A stretch of DNA of 27,885 nt, taken from contig SDNY01000045.1 in assembly GCA_004524535.1 (NCBI GenBank), positions 1 to 27,885 of the forward strand. Reading direction: 5' to 3'. Source of the DNA: Promethearchaeota archaeon (GTDB taxonomy: Archaea > Asgardarchaeota > Lokiarchaeia > Sigyniarchaeales > SOKP01). The notes below the pieces were generated by a model. It was not told where the DNA came from. It searched no databases and saw only the letters and a list, made by a program, of their open reading frames with translations. Both the position numbers and the translations under genes were made by a program. This document shows positions 25,839 to 27,885 of the stretch, piece by piece (positions within the stretch are counted from its first letter, which is position 1; each line of letters begins with the position of its first letter).

Positions 25839-26783
25839 TTAATAATTATAAATATCAAAAATCCGCGCCTTGCCTCCTGCTTCTTCAATAGCCTGAGCAA
25901 CTTCTTTTTGTTTTCCAGGGCATAGTGCTAACATACATCCTCCTCCTCCAGCACCCATTTGTTTAGATCCTAAAGCACCTGCCTCAATAGAAGCTTCGCA
26001 TAGCTTTAAGATTTTTTCTGTCTCTGCTTTTAAGATAATCTCTTGTTCTTGTTGCTTATTCATCAATTCTCCCAATTTTTTAAATTCACCCTTCAATAAG
26101 GCTTTTTTTCCTTGATAGACACAATCTTCTATGACTTTGAACGCCGCTAATGTTGCGGGATCTTTTTCTTTTATTTGTGTCTTAACTCTATTTAAGACGG
26201 AAGCCGCCTTTCTTTCTTCCATAGAATCACCTACTACTATTGGTAATTCTTTAATATCTAATACTTCGACACTCGGATTTTCATCCGTATGAATAAAAAC
26301 TACCCCTCCGTGTGCTATTGTGTATTGGTCTAATCTTCCACATTGAATACCAAGATCGTGATTTTCGCCTAAATATGCTAATTCTGCGATTTCATTAGAG
26401 GATAGCTTCAAGCCATATGCTTGTTTAATAGTCTTTATGAACCCAATTGATAGTGCTGCGGAAGTGGACAGACCAGCTCCAATGGGAATGTCTGATTTAA
26501 CATCAAGATAAAATCCTTTTTTTATATATTGTTTTAACCGTTCATATAGAACACTCCAATATCCCAGATCAATTTCATATGGCGGAGATTCACCTATCTT
26601 GAATTTGGTCTTTTCTTTCGTATCATGACTATAGAATTCTATAACTTTATCTTCTTTTTCTTCAAAATTGAATTTCATCAATAAGTTAATCGCCATGCCT
26701 ATAACAGGTTTTCCTAGGAGGTCAACCTTATCTCCCATTAAACAAATTCGACCAGGAACATCAACCGAAATTTTATTATTCAT
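25839..26783 (-). CDS. GHMP kinase (galactokinase/mevalonate kinase-like)
   Basis: PGRICLMGD, IPIGAGLSTSAA, CGRLDQY and GAGGGGC. Confidence 0.9.
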   Translation of the reverse strand: MNNKISVDVPGRICLMGDKVDLLGKPVIGMAINLLMKFNFEEKEDKVIEFYSHDTKEKTKFKIGESPPYEIDLGYWSVLYERLKQYIKKGFYLDVKSDIPIGAGLSTSAALSIGFIKTIKQAYGLKLSSNEIAELAYLGENHDLGIQCGRLDQYTIAHGGVVFIHTDENPSVEVLDIKELPIVVGDSMEERKAASVLNRVKTQIKEKDPATLAAFKVIEDCVYQGKKALLKGEFKKLGELMNKQQEQEIILKAETEKILKLCEASIEAGALGSKQMGAGGGGCMLALCPGKQKEVAQAIEEAGGKARIFDIYNY

Positions 26784-26915
26784 TTTAACTACTTATCTGC
26801 TATTAGAATTACATTTGTATAATTAATGAGAGTATATTAAATTAAGCAAGCATTAATTAATCTTGGATTAGAACTTATTTATCGTTCCTATAAAAAAATA
26901 GAGCCTCTGATTTTA

Positions 26916-27335
26916 TTATTTTATTACGTCAGTGATAAAGCATGTCTCCGCGATCTTTATTCCTTCAATTTGACTGATTTTGTCTTCTATTAAAGGATTA
27001 AATTGTTCTATAGAATCAATTTCAATCATCATAAATAAGCCACAATCTCCGCTTAATCGCCAAATATTGCTAATTTCCTCGATATTTTTTAATTCAGATA
27101 TAATTTTTTTGATTTGTTTAAAATTTGGCTCAATCTTTACCGTAGCGCGGGTTTTAGGCTTCGAATTGATGTTATACTCAATCGTGAACTTTTCAATAAC
27201 TCCCTCTTGTACTAATTTTTTGACACGGCGTCGAACTGTTGCCTCAGTCTTCCCAATCTTTTTTGAGATTTCATTGAACGATACTCGACTATCATGTTTC
27301 AATTCCTCTATTATCTTTAAGTCTATTACGTCTAT
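26916..27335 (-). CDS. Lrp/AsnC family transcriptional regulator; probable ATA (27335) or ATT (27338) start
   Basis: Upstream in-frame DVIDLKIIEELKHDSR restores helix 1 of the HTH. SFNEISKKIGKTEATVRRRVKKLVQEGVI and LSGDCGL motifs follow. Confidence 0.9.
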   Translation of the reverse strand: MDVIDLKIIEELKHDSRVSFNEISKKIGKTEATVRRRVKKLVQEGVIEKFTIEYNINSKPKTRATVKIEPNFKQIKKIISELKNIEEISNIWRLSGDCGLFMMIEIDSIEQFNPLIEDKISQIEGIKIAETCFITDVIK

Positions 27336-27738
27336 AATTACATCAACTTCTTTTATTTAAAAAATGATAATTATTAATAATAAAAAGATTAAAAGAGTTA
27401 TTAAATTTTTACATTTCTAGTTAAAAAACCGACATAAAAATATCCTTAGGAAAAAAAATTATGTTATTTTAACAAAAAATGATCAAAAGTTACCAAAAAA
27501 CCCCCAATAGTAATCAAAAAATTTCATTCTAAAACCATATAAACAAATATCAATAGACTTTTTCTTATCTATTTCTCATTAATAATTAAAAAATAGTTCT
27601 TCATTACTTTAATCCCACAATTTCTACTAAAATCGTTTTTTTAATAGGTTTTTACCTTCCAAAATTATTTTTATAATTCTCTATAATTATCTTATTATAA
27701 GTCAAATTAATTATATAGAATCAAAAAAACTTATTTTT

Positions 27739-27885
27739 ATGAATGTGTTAATAATATATTTTTCACAAACTGGCGGAACTGAAAAAATAGCTAAAATGAT
27801 CCAAAAAGGTATATTAAATAGTGGAAATAAATGCGAAATTGCTAAAATAAAAAGCGTTGATACTAAAGATTTAAAAGATTTTGAC
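27739..27885 (+). CDS. Flavodoxin-domain protein, 5' part (runs off window)
   Basis: MNVLIIYFSQTGGTEKIAKMIQKG carries the flavodoxin phosphate-binding loop. Confidence 0.88.
   Translation, partial: MNVLIIYFSQTGGTEKIAKMIQKGILNSGNKCEIAKIKSVDTKDLKDFD

Noticed and set aside
1704-27360. Short track ORFs overlapping larger genes (1704, 2158, 2450, 2658, 6840, 14845, 15668, 19003, 19377, 20383, 20734, 23499, 23763, 24781, 25544, 26980)
   Set aside because: Antisense or alternate-frame shadows of well-supported CDSs with no recognisable motifs.

Overview
Very AT-rich archaeal DNA, probably Asgard (Lokiarchaeia-like). That assignment is inferred from the GPN-loop GTPase, deoxyhypusine synthase, pyruvoyl arginine decarboxylase, roadblock and longin/GTPase proteins, GGTGA-type SD sites and BRE/TATA promoters. 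I see no rRNA, tRNA, CRISPR array or IS. About 30 CDSs can be supported, several missed or truncated by the ORF track. The best candidate for a new system is a ~10 kb block (10459-20254) bracketed by two unannotated microprotein genes (55 and 51 aa). Each has a 16-residue Lys-rich leader followed by an Asp/Glu-rich, Trp/Tyr-studded tail. One copy heads an apparent operon with a SAM-methyltransferase/Ddl-like ATP-grasp ligase fusion and a SET-domain methyltransferase. The other lies downstream of a divergent deoxyhypusine synthase / arginine decarboxylase pair. This suggests a peptide-modification system, possibly polyamine ligation plus methylation (inference). Other notable items are a cytoplasmic IFT52-like GIFT-domain protein, a permease/roadblock/longin-pseudoGTPase neighbourhood, and three genes that appear to start at ATT/ATA/CTG codons.
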